Shown piece by piece: positions 52,952 through 64,000 of a DNA stretch of 64,000 nucleotides. How positions within the stretch are numbered: the first letter of the stretch is position 1; each line of letters starts with the position of its first letter. Origin of the DNA: Camelus dromedarius (Eukaryota); contig NC_087472.1 in NCBI RefSeq assembly GCF_036321535.1, positions 103,170,001 to 103,234,000 on the forward strand, read 5' to 3'. The position numbers were made by a program, and so were the translations under genes. Below the pieces are notes generated by a model. It searched no databases, was not told the origin of the DNA, and was given only the letters and a program-made list of their open reading frames with translations.

Positions 52952-53506
52952 TGTTTTTTTAACTGAAGTACAGTCAGTTACAATGTGTCAGTTTCTGGTG
53001 TACAGCACAATGTCCCAGTCATGAATATACATACGTATATTCATTTTCATATTCTTTTTCATTAAAGGATATTACAAGATATTGAACATAGTTCCCTGTG
53101 CTATACAGAAGAAAAATTTTAAAGCTATTTTTATATGTAGTAGTTCACATTTGCAAATCTCAAATTCCCAAATTTATCCCTTCCCAACCCATTTTCCCCA
53201 GTAACCATAAGATTGTTTACTATGTCTGCGAGTCTGTTTTCTGTTTTATAGATGAATTCATTAGTGTCCTTTTTCTTTCTCTTTTTTTAGATTCCACATA
53301 TGAGTGATATCATATGATATTTTTCTCTTTCTGGCTTACTTCACTTAGAATGACAGTCTCTAGTTCCATCCATCTTGCTGCAAATGGCATTCTTTTATTC
53401 TTTTTATGGCCGAGTAGTATTCCATTGTATAAATATACCACAACTTCTTTATCCAGTCATCTGTCATTGGACATTTAGGTTGCTTCCCTGTCTTGGCTAA
53501 TGTATA
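52952..53506 (-). mobile_element. 5'-truncated L1 with 17-bp TSD
   Basis: TSD aaagtgcagtgcaaatt at 52935-52951 and 53507-53523; similar to 44460-44980. Confidence 0.9.
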
Positions 53507-53998
53507 AAAGTGCAGTGCAAATTAATCATGGGGGCTGGACAGAGGTATCCAACTTGAAGTTTGTGGGTAATTGTTCTTTAAAGCTGAACAAGCCATGTTT
53601 GTGTCCAACTTTTCTTTGCTCCCTGCCCATGAGAGGGTGGCTAGATTCCAGAAGGTTGCCCTAAGTGTTTCCACAAGGACTGGGAAGGAGCAGGGGTCAG
53701 GAGCAGAGGAGGGGATTCGTTTTGTCCCTGAATCCCCGCATGCTCAGTGGCATGGCAACCAAACCAGAGTGGTCTGTGCCTAATGAAATCACTTCTGTCC
53801 CCTGCAAGGTATCCCAGGGCCAGGGGCTCTCTCAACACAAGTGTCATAAATGGCAAGTTGTCTTAAAAGGCAACTTGCAAAGAGAACCTGAATTACATTG
53901 AGGTGAAATACATCTCCCAATTCAAAGTGCCTTGTTAGTGTTTTCACTCCGAGACTGAAACAAAATATATTGCAAGTGATTTAGGGGGAAAAAATTAC

Positions 53999-54061
53999 CT
54001 TATGTGTAATCAATGCCACAATATCCACCAATTTCTGTAGCTCTTTATGATGTTTGCCTCG
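53999..54061 (-). pseudogene. CA5BP1: CA5B pseudogene exon 6 copy
   Basis: 63 nt reading RGKHHKELQKLVDIVALITHK, between tctttag| and |gtaatt; homologous to CA5B LGKHHKELQKLVDTLPSIKHK. Confidence 0.9.
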
Positions 54062-54419
54062 CTAAAGAACAATGAAAGAAAATATTAACAAATGACATCT
54101 CACTCTGGAATTGTAATACAATGTAAATTAAAATCAGATACCTGGTGATTACCTAAAAACAATCCAAGGTACTGAAACTGCACTTAAATTGACAATTTAG
54201 AATGTTGTAAACATCACTGAATGAATGTAGATACAAAACAAATGAGCTGGCTGTTTGCTGACAGGCTGGAACCCAGTCTTTAGGGAAAGGTGTCCCTTGC
54301 TCCATCAGCCTCCCTCTCTGGGTCTCACTGGTGCTTGGAGGCCGAAGCTCTCAGAGCAAGCCAGAGCAGAGTCAGGCCCAGATTTCAGTTCAGGTCCTTG
54401 AATCCTCAGAAGCCTCAGT

Positions 54420-54935
54420 GTAATTAACTATGTTTTCCAGTTTCTGTGTTTGATGCTTTGATATCTGAGGCCTTGCTGACACGAGAGGGATTGCCTCTCC
54501 CAGGGTTAGCCAATTCTTAGAGAGACCAAACAACAGGGAGCATGCCTTTCATATGCAAACCAACCAATCCAGAGCTCAGACCCCAACTACCTCCTTTATG
54601 GGGGTTCTTACACTCTGAGCCATTCTTAGTTACCACAGGGCCACATACCAGACAAGGAGGGAAAGCCTCTATGCCCCAGAGCCTGCTGAAATTATCTAAA
54701 CTAGCTAATCCTAAACCTGCTTATGTTGTCTCACCCATTCCTTCCCAAGGAAACCACAATAAAGCTTCTGCCCACTCGCTCTTGACCACGCATGGTGCTT
54801 CCCCACATGGCCCTGCATGGTGTGCCATGTCTCCTCTTTTTAGGTATCTGTGAGTATAATAAAATTCTTCCCTCGTGACAACCATTTCCATGCCTATATG
54901 TCTTATCATACCTGATTAAAACAAAACCTGGGTAC
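54420..54935 (+). mobile_element. Old ERVL-type LTR (family uncertain)
   Basis: gccaattcttagag, atatgcaaaccaaccaatcc and ccacaataaag motifs. Confidence 0.5.
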
Positions 54936-56000
54936 CCCTGAAACACTAAGCCTCCTGAGTGGACTAAGGCAGGGAGCTTGCAGGAGGCCTGCACCTGCAG
55001 AACTTGCAGGAGCTCAGAGGCCCTGTGTGGAGTGTGACCACAGATTTTCAATCCAGTTCTCCAGTTGCTAGCTGTGTGACCCGGCAGGAAAGCATTTAAC
55101 CTCACTGAGCTTCACTTTCTTCATCTAAAACATGGAGATGATCGTTTGCCATCAGAGACTTCCATGGGAGATAAACGATGCACTCAGCAAATGTATAGTC
55201 ACATTGTGCTCATAAATGTTATTTCCTTTCCTTATCATTTCCCATAGTTGTTTGCCTTTATCTTTTTACTCCATTTAAAATATATTCTTAACAAATCTCA
55301 CATTTTAACTATCATTTACTTAGTGTTATTTGCCTTTATCCTTTTATACCAGTGCCTAAAAATAAAAACGTAATGCAAACTACAGAGGTAATTATAAAGT
55401 TTCTAGGAGGTACATTTAAAAAGTTAACAACAACAACAACAAAAAAGAGGTGAACTTAATTTTGATAACATTTTATTTTACCAAATATATTCAAAATACT
55501 GTCATTTCAATATGTAATCAATATGAAAATTTACTAAGTCTTGAAAATCTGTTGTGTATTTTAAACATATAGCACATATCCATTTGAATGGTAAATTTTC
55601 ATCAAAAATACTTGATTTGTATTTTTTATGCTTGAAAATCTAGATACACATACCCAAGTTGTTCCAAACATTCTTAAAAGTTTTCCAATAACTGAACTGT
55701 CAGTTCCTAAATTTAAATGAAAATCGACTGAAATCAAATAAAGTTAAAAATTCATTTCCTCACTCATACCAGCCACATTTCAAGTGCTCAATAGCTACAC
55801 ATGACTTGTGGCTACCAATACTGGATAGCACAGTGTTATATCATTTGAAATATATTCTTAACAATCTTGTATTTTAAGCATTATTTATCTTACCAATGTA
55901 TTGATCCCAATATTCTTAAAGTAAATAACAATATTCTAATGTTCAATCTTTTCATCCTAGAATACAACACATTATTTAAACTTGGTAAGATTTTTTTTAC

Positions 56001-56097
56001 CTTTAAAAGTCTTCTTATCACAGCCAAACTATCTTCCTCCAGTTGTTGCATCCCCAAAGCTTTCAAATTGGACTGCATTCCGATGCACCAAGTGCAG
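56001..56097 (-). pseudogene. CA5BP1: CA5B pseudogene exon 5 copy, frameshifted
   Basis: Reads LHLVHRNAVQFESFGDAT, then a +1 nt shift, then LEEDSLAVIRRLLK. 97 nt between AG and GT (not a multiple of 3); conserved W of LHLVHW changed to R. Confidence 0.9.
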
Positions 56098-56914
56098 CTG
56101 AAACACCAGTAAAAGAATTAGTGCCTGACAATATAGGATTCCTCCAAAATAAATCGACAGCCTTATTCAAGCTACAATATTTAAATATGTTTCTTCACCC
56201 AAAATAAAGCCACTGGGGAAAGCATATGACAATCTGATGCAAAATGAGATAGAACTAAAAAACAGGAAGAAATTTATGTGGGAGCAGCAATTAATACTAC
56301 TTTGGAAAAAAGGGATTTATTTGAGGAGAAAAAAGTTTTTAATTATATAGTAAAGCAAGTAACATCTCAGTGAGGGATCGATGTTTGTTCATTCCCATCT
56401 TCATTTGCAGGAAATACTAAAATCCAAAATCCATTTAGATCAAAAGGAGAAAAGATGCTTATCTTGAGAGAAATAGATTCTCCCTATGGGAATTAGGAGT
56501 AGAAGACACATTTCTTTTTTGAGGGATCACCACTTAAAATGTATTTCTTTCTATAATTTTTAATGTAACATTTAATATTAAATTAGGGGAAAAGTTGTAA
56601 GAAGAAAATTTATTTCCTTATTGCTCCTTATATTTCCCTATAAATTACTCCTTGTCCATCACTCATGAACTTTCTGGCATTCCTATCCCCCTAGCCTCCT
56701 AAGCGAGACACCTCAAGGTCATGGTTAACTTCGCCTTCTCCTCACTTGAAGAGGACTCCATCTCCAAGTCCTATTGCTTTTATTTTAAAAATGTTTATTA
56801 AAACTTGCTTTCTCTCTATTTTGACTGCCACAGCCTTCATTTAGGCTCCCACCATCTCCCATATGGATTAGTTGGACCCTGTAGTCCTGAATTGTTGACT
56901 GGGTTAATCTAAAA

Positions 56915-57150
56915 AAAATAAAGAGTTGAATACTAACTAATATATATATATAATACAGATAAACAACAAGTTTATACTGTATAGCACAGGGAACCATATT
57001 CAATATCTTGTAGTAACTTACGGTGAAAAAGAATATGAAAACGAACATATGTATGTTCCCATATGACTGAAGCATTGTGCTGTATGCCAGAAATTGACAC
57101 AACATTGTAAACTGAGTATACTTCAATAAAATATAAATAAATAAATAATA
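56915..57150 (+). mobile_element. L1 3' terminus
   Basis: tactgtatagcacagggaac...cttcaataaa tail. Confidence 0.75.
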
Positions 57151-57815
57151 CTGTTAAAAAATAATAAATCCAATTTTAAAAAAAGATACTATGAAAGCCA
57201 GAATTCTAAGCCACAAAAAAAAAGCAGTTGACTAATTAATTAGATAAAATCATGCTACATCACTCTCTGGCTTAAAAGTAACTAGTGTCTCATAAGCCTG
57301 CTTTTCGTCTGCCCTCTTAGACTTCAGTTATCACCATTCTTCCTGCTTCTCTCCACAACATACATTCTCATTCCGGCCACTTTGGTTTTTGGCCACTTTC
57401 TGAACATCCGCTTTTGCACATGATTTTCCTTCTGTCGGGAATGCCCTTCTAATCCTCTTGGCAAACTGCTATTCATCCTTCAATACCCAACACAGATGTC
57501 CCCTCCTTAGTGACTCTTCTGAGCAGTCTACATCACACCCTCCTCTGTGGTTCCACAGCACTTTCAGAAACCCTTTTGCAAATCACACTTGCTTTAAAAT
57601 TCTAATTTCATGTGTGCTTCTCTCACTAGACTCTGAACTCTGGGAGGTCAAGAATTGAGTTAGTATTCCTAGCACTTAGTGCCATGTCTAGCACATGGTT
57701 GGCATTCAGTAAATGTTGAATAAATAAATCAGTGAATGACAAAATACATACATGGTACTGGGTGACCAAAGATATAAAATGTCTTTTTCTTGCCTGACTA
57801 GCCTTTTACTCTGTA

Positions 57816-58104
57816 CAGTTGACCCTTGAACAACACAGGGGTTAGGAGCACCGACCACTTCTCAGTCGAAAATCAGCGTATAACTTTATAGTTGGCCCTC
57901 CTTATTATCTTCGGTTCCTCATCTGCAGATTCAACCAACAGAAGACGAAGTAGTACTGTAGTATGTATTTATTTTTAAAAATCCGTGTAGAGGGTAGCGT
58001 ATAGCTCAGTGGTAGAGTGCATACCTAGCAAGCATGAGGTCCTGTGTTTAATCCCCAGAAACTCCGTTAAAAAATAAATAAATACAACCCAATTACCCGC
58101 CCCA

Positions 58105-58139
<35 letters not shown>

Positions 58140-58256
58140 GTATACAGTGCTGTATGTCAATTCTATCTCAATAAAACTGGAAGGAAAAAAAATTTTTTAA
58201 ATCCATGTATAAATAGACCTAGGCAGTTCAAACCTGTATTGTTCAAGGATCAACTG
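57816..58256. mobile_element. Tigger2-family DNA transposon (non-autonomous), interrupted by a SINE
   Basis: TIRs cagttgacccttgaacaa / ttgttcaaggatcaactg with TA flanks. Confidence 0.8.
57990..58192 (+). mobile_element. Vic-1-like SINE plus (AC)n plus short L1-like tail, inserted in a Tigger element
   Basis: tagctcagtggtagagtgcatacctagca head; flanking aaatccgtgta / aaatccatgta. Confidence 0.8.
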
Positions 58257-58530
58257 TATTGCAATTTTATCATTTAAAATCTAACTAAGTATTATTACTA
58301 TTTAATACAGAAGTTATCTATAAAGTCAACAAGCAGAGCAAGATTACCATACACTTAACACACACAGAAAATAAATTTCTAGCAAAGTTTTAACTTCATG
58401 CCCTATCTTCCACATCAGTTAAAGAATCTATACATAGAGATATATGTATTAATAGAAAATACTACTTATACTAGTAGAAGGAAACATGCATAAAAATGAA
58501 AAGGGACATTTTTCATACACTCAAAAAAGT

Positions 58531-59298
58531 CTCAGAGGGATCCAGCAATCCCACTTCTGGGTATATACTCCAAAGAATTGAAAAGAGCATCTTGAAAAGA
58601 TATTTGTATAGCCATGTTTGTAGCAGCATTATTCACAATAGCCAAAAGGCAGCTGCAATTCAAGTGTCTATGAACAGATGAAGAGATAAACAAAATGTGA
58701 TATACACAGCTGACTCTTGAGCAACATGGTTTTGAACCTGTGCAGGTTCACTTACACTCAAATTTTTTTTCAAAAGTAAATACTCCAGTACTGCATGATC
58801 CATCATGTGGCTGGTTGAATCTGCAAATATGGAGGTACTGCAGATAGGGAGGGCTGGCTATAAGTTATACTTGGATTCTCAATTTCGTGGAGTTGGTGCC
58901 CCTGGCTTTTGTGTTGTCCAGGGGCTAACTGTACACACAATGGAATATTATTCAGCCTTAAAAAGGAAGGAAATTCTGACACATGTTACAATATGGATGA
59001 ACCTTGAAAACATGCTCAATGAAATCATCCAGTCATAAAAAGGCAAATACTGTATGATTCCACTTATATGAGGTACTCAGTAGTCAAATTCATAGAAACA
59101 AAAAGTAAAATGGGGGAAAATAAGGAGTTATTATTTAATGGGTATAGAGTTTTAGTTTTGCAAGATAAAGAGTTATGGGGATGGATGGTGGTGACAGTTA
59201 CACAACAATGTGAATGTAGTTACTATTACTGAAATGTACACTGAAAATGGCTGAGATGGCAAATTTCATGTTGTGTGTATTTAATAATTAAAAAAAAG
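58531..59298 (+). mobile_element. Old L1 3' fragment with nested Tigger2-type element (~58707-58931)
   Basis: gatccagcaatcccacttctgggtatat and atggaatattattcagccttaaaaaggaagga L1 motifs; absent from the paralogous site at ~5115. Confidence 0.85.
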
Positions 59299-59425
59299 AA
59301 GTAGGTCCAATGAGTCCCTTGCCACTGCTAACAAAGAGGTCCACGCTCCCATAGAAGCAGTGTAGCCTATGTTGACATCACACTGTCCCTTTAACTCCAG
59401 GCAAGACCACAGGTCTGGCTCTCAC

Positions 59426-59623
59426 CTGATTTATCTGTAGAATCTTCAAATTCCACGAGGAAAGAGTACCCGTTATTCCAGATGTGTAGGCAGGTAGTCG
59501 GGTCATAAGAGATGGTAAGCAGTTTTAAGTCAGGATCGTAGACACTTTCCCTCCACCGGATGTTGATGGGTAACTGGCGCTCGCCCCCTGGGACCAGGTC
59601 CATGCTCTCCCAGAGAGGGTGCA
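59426..59623 (-). pseudogene. CA5BP1: CA5B pseudogene (CA5BP1-like) exon 3 copy
   Basis: 194/198 nt identical to 5246-5443 with splice sites intact; QSP>QLP, RDS>RES, KPL>KLL plus one silent change. Confidence 0.9.
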
Positions 59624-60575
59624 CTGGGAGAAAGCACATCAGGGCTGTCATTGAGAGGCCTACTAGCTGGGATCCCACACCAGGAAACTCTCATTGTGGA
59701 GAGCCTATTGAGGCTGATGAAATCTCAGTCTTAGGAATGGGCTACTCAGGGGCTTAATGGATAGACTAGGGCAGAGGAGGAAAGCAGGTCAGAGTACACC
59801 TTGTGGAGGAACAGCCTTCTGATATCTTGTCAAAATAACACACCTCAGTTGACCTTCTAATCTCACCTGAAGCAAGTGCGACCCAGTCCTGTGGTAACTG
59901 TACAATGTGTGGAGATTAGCACTATGCAGAAACAGGGTGTTCTCCAATGAGTTTCTTTTCTTTATTGATAATTGTTGGGGCCCCACCTGCCAGACTTGTT
60001 TTCAATACTGAGACAAATTGATGACATTTTCAATAATGGACTTACTTTCAACAAAGGAAATGGGGGAAGTGGAGGAAGAATTTCTGGAAAGCTAATGTTC
60101 AGTCAAGCATTGTAAGTTTTTAATTGGTTGGCTACTAAAAATAAAGGCTTGCATAGCATGCATCCTATAATTTAGCTTGCAGTTTGAAAGATTTCTGGGA
60201 TCCTTTTACACAGTGTAATATTATAGGCTTCCAGTTGAGATGGGGCATACTCTAGGGTTTTGGAAAAATTAAGAAAGATACTGATGAATCTGGGAGGAAA
60301 AGGAGTAATTTCTTCTTCCCTCCTTCTTTCTTCTTTCCTTTCTTCCTTCCTTTTTTATTTTATTTTTTTTTTGCAGCCAGTCCCCTGCCCCCTGCAAAGG
60401 GCCAAGCCTGAAGTCTCCCTAACCCAGGCTTTGGTTTACGAGATGGGAGCATGGACAGGGCAGGGTCCCATCTCTCGACAGTATGGTGTTTACAGGGTCG
60501 TGCAAAGTGTCCCACACACAGGAGTAATTTCTTAATTTGAGATATGTAAGTAAGATGTTCAGTGTTTGGAGGCCC

Positions 60576-61115
60576 TGTTGAGGGGGAAGAGAGTGTGCCA
60601 CCCCAAAATATGCCTCTTTGGCATACGGATTATTTTAAGGAAACAGCAGACATAGGAGAAGCTCTGAAAACCTAGTAGTGATTACTTTTTGTAAGAGACA
60701 TTTACACGTATAAGGGAAATCTCCATTTTTAAGGATGTCCCTCTTTTGTATCAGGAAGAGAAGGACGATTCTAAATCTCTAGAAACTCTTGACAGTGGAG
60801 TAGGCACCAATTTAAATCTGCATATGAACCTTACCCTTGGTTACTGTGCTTTGCCTAATAACCTCCTGTAATTGGCCTCCCCTTCTTTCCTTCTCAGCAT
60901 CTTTTGACTTTAGCAGAAGACGGTATTGACGGTGGTGGGTTGGGCCATTTCAGGGAGTTACTGAGTTTTCCTGGGTCTCTCCCATGTATATAGGAGGTAT
61001 ATATGTTATGAAACATCTGTTTGCTTTTCTTTTGTTAATCTGTCTTTTATTACTGGAGAGGGGGGTCTCAGCCAAGAATCTGGAAGGGTACAGAGAAAAT
61101 TATTTTTTCTCACTG
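60576..61115 (+). mobile_element. MER34-like LTR
   Basis: Homologous along its length to 8399-8904. Confidence 0.75.
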
Positions 61116-64000
61116 ACCCGGTCACACCATGGAGTAGAAAGAGACACAGGGACACTTAAGCCCTGAAGGACAGATTCGAACACTTCCTGAATCACAGCAG
61201 AGAAGTGTGTCAGAGGGAAAAGAACCAGAGAGAAATCCCACTGGAGGGATGATGTGGTCCCATATAAGCGTGTATACTGAGTTCACCTCTTACATAAGCC
61301 AGCTGGGAGGATTAGGCAGTCATCCTGCAAAACCTGGGTAGAATATTAGCATTGCTAAGGTCTCTGGAGTTCTGTCTGTCACATGAATACCTAACAACAT
61401 TGTATATCAAGGTGTATACACATACTTTGTCCCACATGAGCACTGATGACATCACTGATAGTGATTTTTCTACCAGAGACAAGCACCAGGTCTTTGTGGC
61501 GAGTCCCTGACAAATCTCAGCAGATTTCCTGTAACACAAAGAGAGCTGTTGAGACATCCAGGCATGATGGATAGAACCCCCGAGTATAATTCGGGGTGGT
61601 CCAGCTCTCTGCCAATGGGAAAACCAGACAAAATCTGAGTCAAGATAAATCATCACCAGTGACCCTCTGCACCTCACCCCACCGCTGAGAATGAGTCTAA
61701 GGATTTGAGAGAGTGACAAGGCAGCTGCTGCCCAGTCAAACACCCTGTGCATGGCAGGCTGACTGGCACGGCACTTTTCATAAAAACAAGCTTGTCTCTG
61801 GTTTCCTCCTTGAGCAGAGACATTTCTTTTGCTTGGGTAGCTGATGAAAGCTATAAATTCAAAATCCTAGCCTTACTTTTTTGGGGGGGCGGGGTGGGCA
61901 AAAATGATACAGACATAGAACCCTCCTGAGAGTAGACCAGTGGGTCTCATCAAAGGGAGCAATTCTGCCCCTCGAAGACATTCTGCACTGTGCAGAGCCT
62001 TTGTTGGTTGTCAAAACTAGAGGAGGGCGCTACTGACATCCAGTGAGTAGACGCCAGGCATGCAGCTAAACATGCCACAGCACAGAGAATTATCTGGCTC
62101 CAAATGTCAAAATAATGTCAAAGTTGAGCAACCATGATCTCTTGCAAACTCAGAGTATTCTTTTTTTTTCTATTACTTTCTATAACATAGTACAATTTTC
62201 ACCCTAGAGAGATCTGAACCCAACATTTTTATTTATTTTACTTAATATAAAGGAAGTTGTTCCTTAGAGAGGAACAAGAATTTTGTTTCAAAATCTAAAA
62301 TAGGAAAGGCATTTGAACCAGTACAATATTTTAATATCACGATCTGATTAGAATGCAAACCAGAAACCCCTAGAACCACCCAGGTTCGGTTTTAAAGATT
62401 GTCCCCTCTGAGACGCTGAGGCCGAGGCTGAGTATTGAAGTCACACCCTTCAAAACTGATTCATGAGGGTCTTCTGTGGAGACTAGGGGAGTGGGGATTA
62501 ATGAGCAGACCCCCAAGAAGATGCCCTCTTTCACCCTTAGTCACCCCCCCCCCCACCTCAGACAGGGAGTGCCTGGATTCTCCTCTCACCCAGGCAGACA
62601 CCAGCCCAAGGAAACCGGGCCTCTTCCTTCAGTTGCTCTTTTATGACCCTAACGCTCCTATCAATGTGTGCCCTTCAGTTCACAAGTTCAGCTTCCAGAA
62701 GGTTTTCTTTCCCCCACCCACCTCCTCCTTTAGGGACCCAGACCAGCCCCCACTAGGGGGTCCTTGGTCACTGTGCCCATAGTGAAGCCAGCTTCTGCCC
62801 AGGGCTTGTTGTGCTAAACATAAATTCACATTTCTGTTCTCTCCTCCCTTCCTCTTGCTCCATTTTAACAAAATAGAGTAAATGATTTCTTGATAGTTGC
62901 TCATACTTTCCCTCAAAGTAAGAAGACGATTGAGTGTTCTGACTGACAGAGCCTGCATATTCAGTTTTTTCCTGTATGGGGAAAATGAAATAAACAGAGT
63001 GATTCTCTCAACCAGGGTTTAAGGGAGTGACACCACACGGTCATTGACAGAAGCCCTTCGGATGCCATGTGCTCAGGTTTAGTTCTTGTTTCTGTGACTG
63101 ATCCTGGCTTTGATTTGCTTTGTGCTTGTACCACCTATAGCTCCAGCCTCGGGGGAGGGGGGTTGTCCCTCTTTCAGCTCCATTCCTGCCTTAGCCCCTC
63201 CGTTCCTGCTCCTCCTCCTCAGAAATCAATTTCCCCTCACTCAGCTCAGGACTGGCTCCTATATTCTGGCTTGTCACCTCTTCAGCAAAAATGTCACTTC
63301 CTCACCTCTCAGACTATCTTGTATATGATCCCCTCTTATTTTTTCTTTAAATCACAGGATTCTAATATTTTCCTTTAAGAACATTTATTACATGGGTATA
63401 ATGATAATTATATGCACATATGCTTAATTAGCTGCCTCCCCCATGGCTCTTCATGCCCCATGATCTGAGCTGGCTTCCCATCATTGCCTGCGAGTGAATG
63501 TACAATATAAAGGGCATCCCTGGGAAGGGTTCCTTCTCCTTTTATCTTTATTTCCTATTACTCTGCTGATCACCACAGTGTTTCTTCCTTAAGGATCTTT
63601 CAGGTTTATCTTTTCTTCTCTGGCCCATGTCCACCAGCCTAGTTTAGGCCTCTTCATGGCAGATTTTATGCAAAGCCTCTTGGTTACTTCTTCTCTCTCA
63701 CTCCCCTCGACTGTGTGTCACCATCTGTCAGTTTTCCTAAACTGCCACCTTCATCATGTTGTTCTCATGTGAAAGACTACGTCATTTCTCCTCACTTGTC
63801 CCGAACTCTGGTGTTGTCATGCAATTCCAGAACCGTGCCAGGCTAATCCATTGGTCAGTCAGTGAGAGGTGCTGTAAATGTAAAGTATCCCCTGGGCTTT
63901 GAAGACATTACAAAATCATGTAAACTACCTCATTAATGATTTTTATATTGATTACATATTAAAGTGATAATATTTTGGAAATTGTGAGTTAAATTACTAT

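Overview
Mammalian genomic DNA, probably camelid (tRNA-derived Vic-1-like SINEs, young L1 tails), from the CA5B locus (X-linked in mammals I know). On the minus strand lies the 5' half of mitochondrial carbonic anhydrase CA5B: a GC-box promoter and non-coding exon 1 (~23.7 kb), exon 2 (15297-15491) and exon 3 (5246-5443); the gene continues off the left edge. Upstream in the same orientation is a tandem CA5B pseudogene (CA5BP1-like) with exons 3, 5, 6 and 7 recognisable; exon 4 and exon 8 were not found. An intact intronless POM121L2/POM121L12-like ORF with its own CpG island sits just 3' of the pseudogene's last visible exon. The most notable signals are (1) near-identical gene-conversion-like tracts between gene and pseudogene, several bounded by indels or TE insertions, (2) the POM121-like gene, (3) a ~2.8 kb higher-order array of ZNF143/RBPJ-like motifs upstream of the CA5B promoter, and (4) a U6-L1 chimeric retrocopy. 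All alignments and identities were estimated by eye, repeat-family names come from recalled consensus sequences, and no clearly novel system can be claimed without searches.
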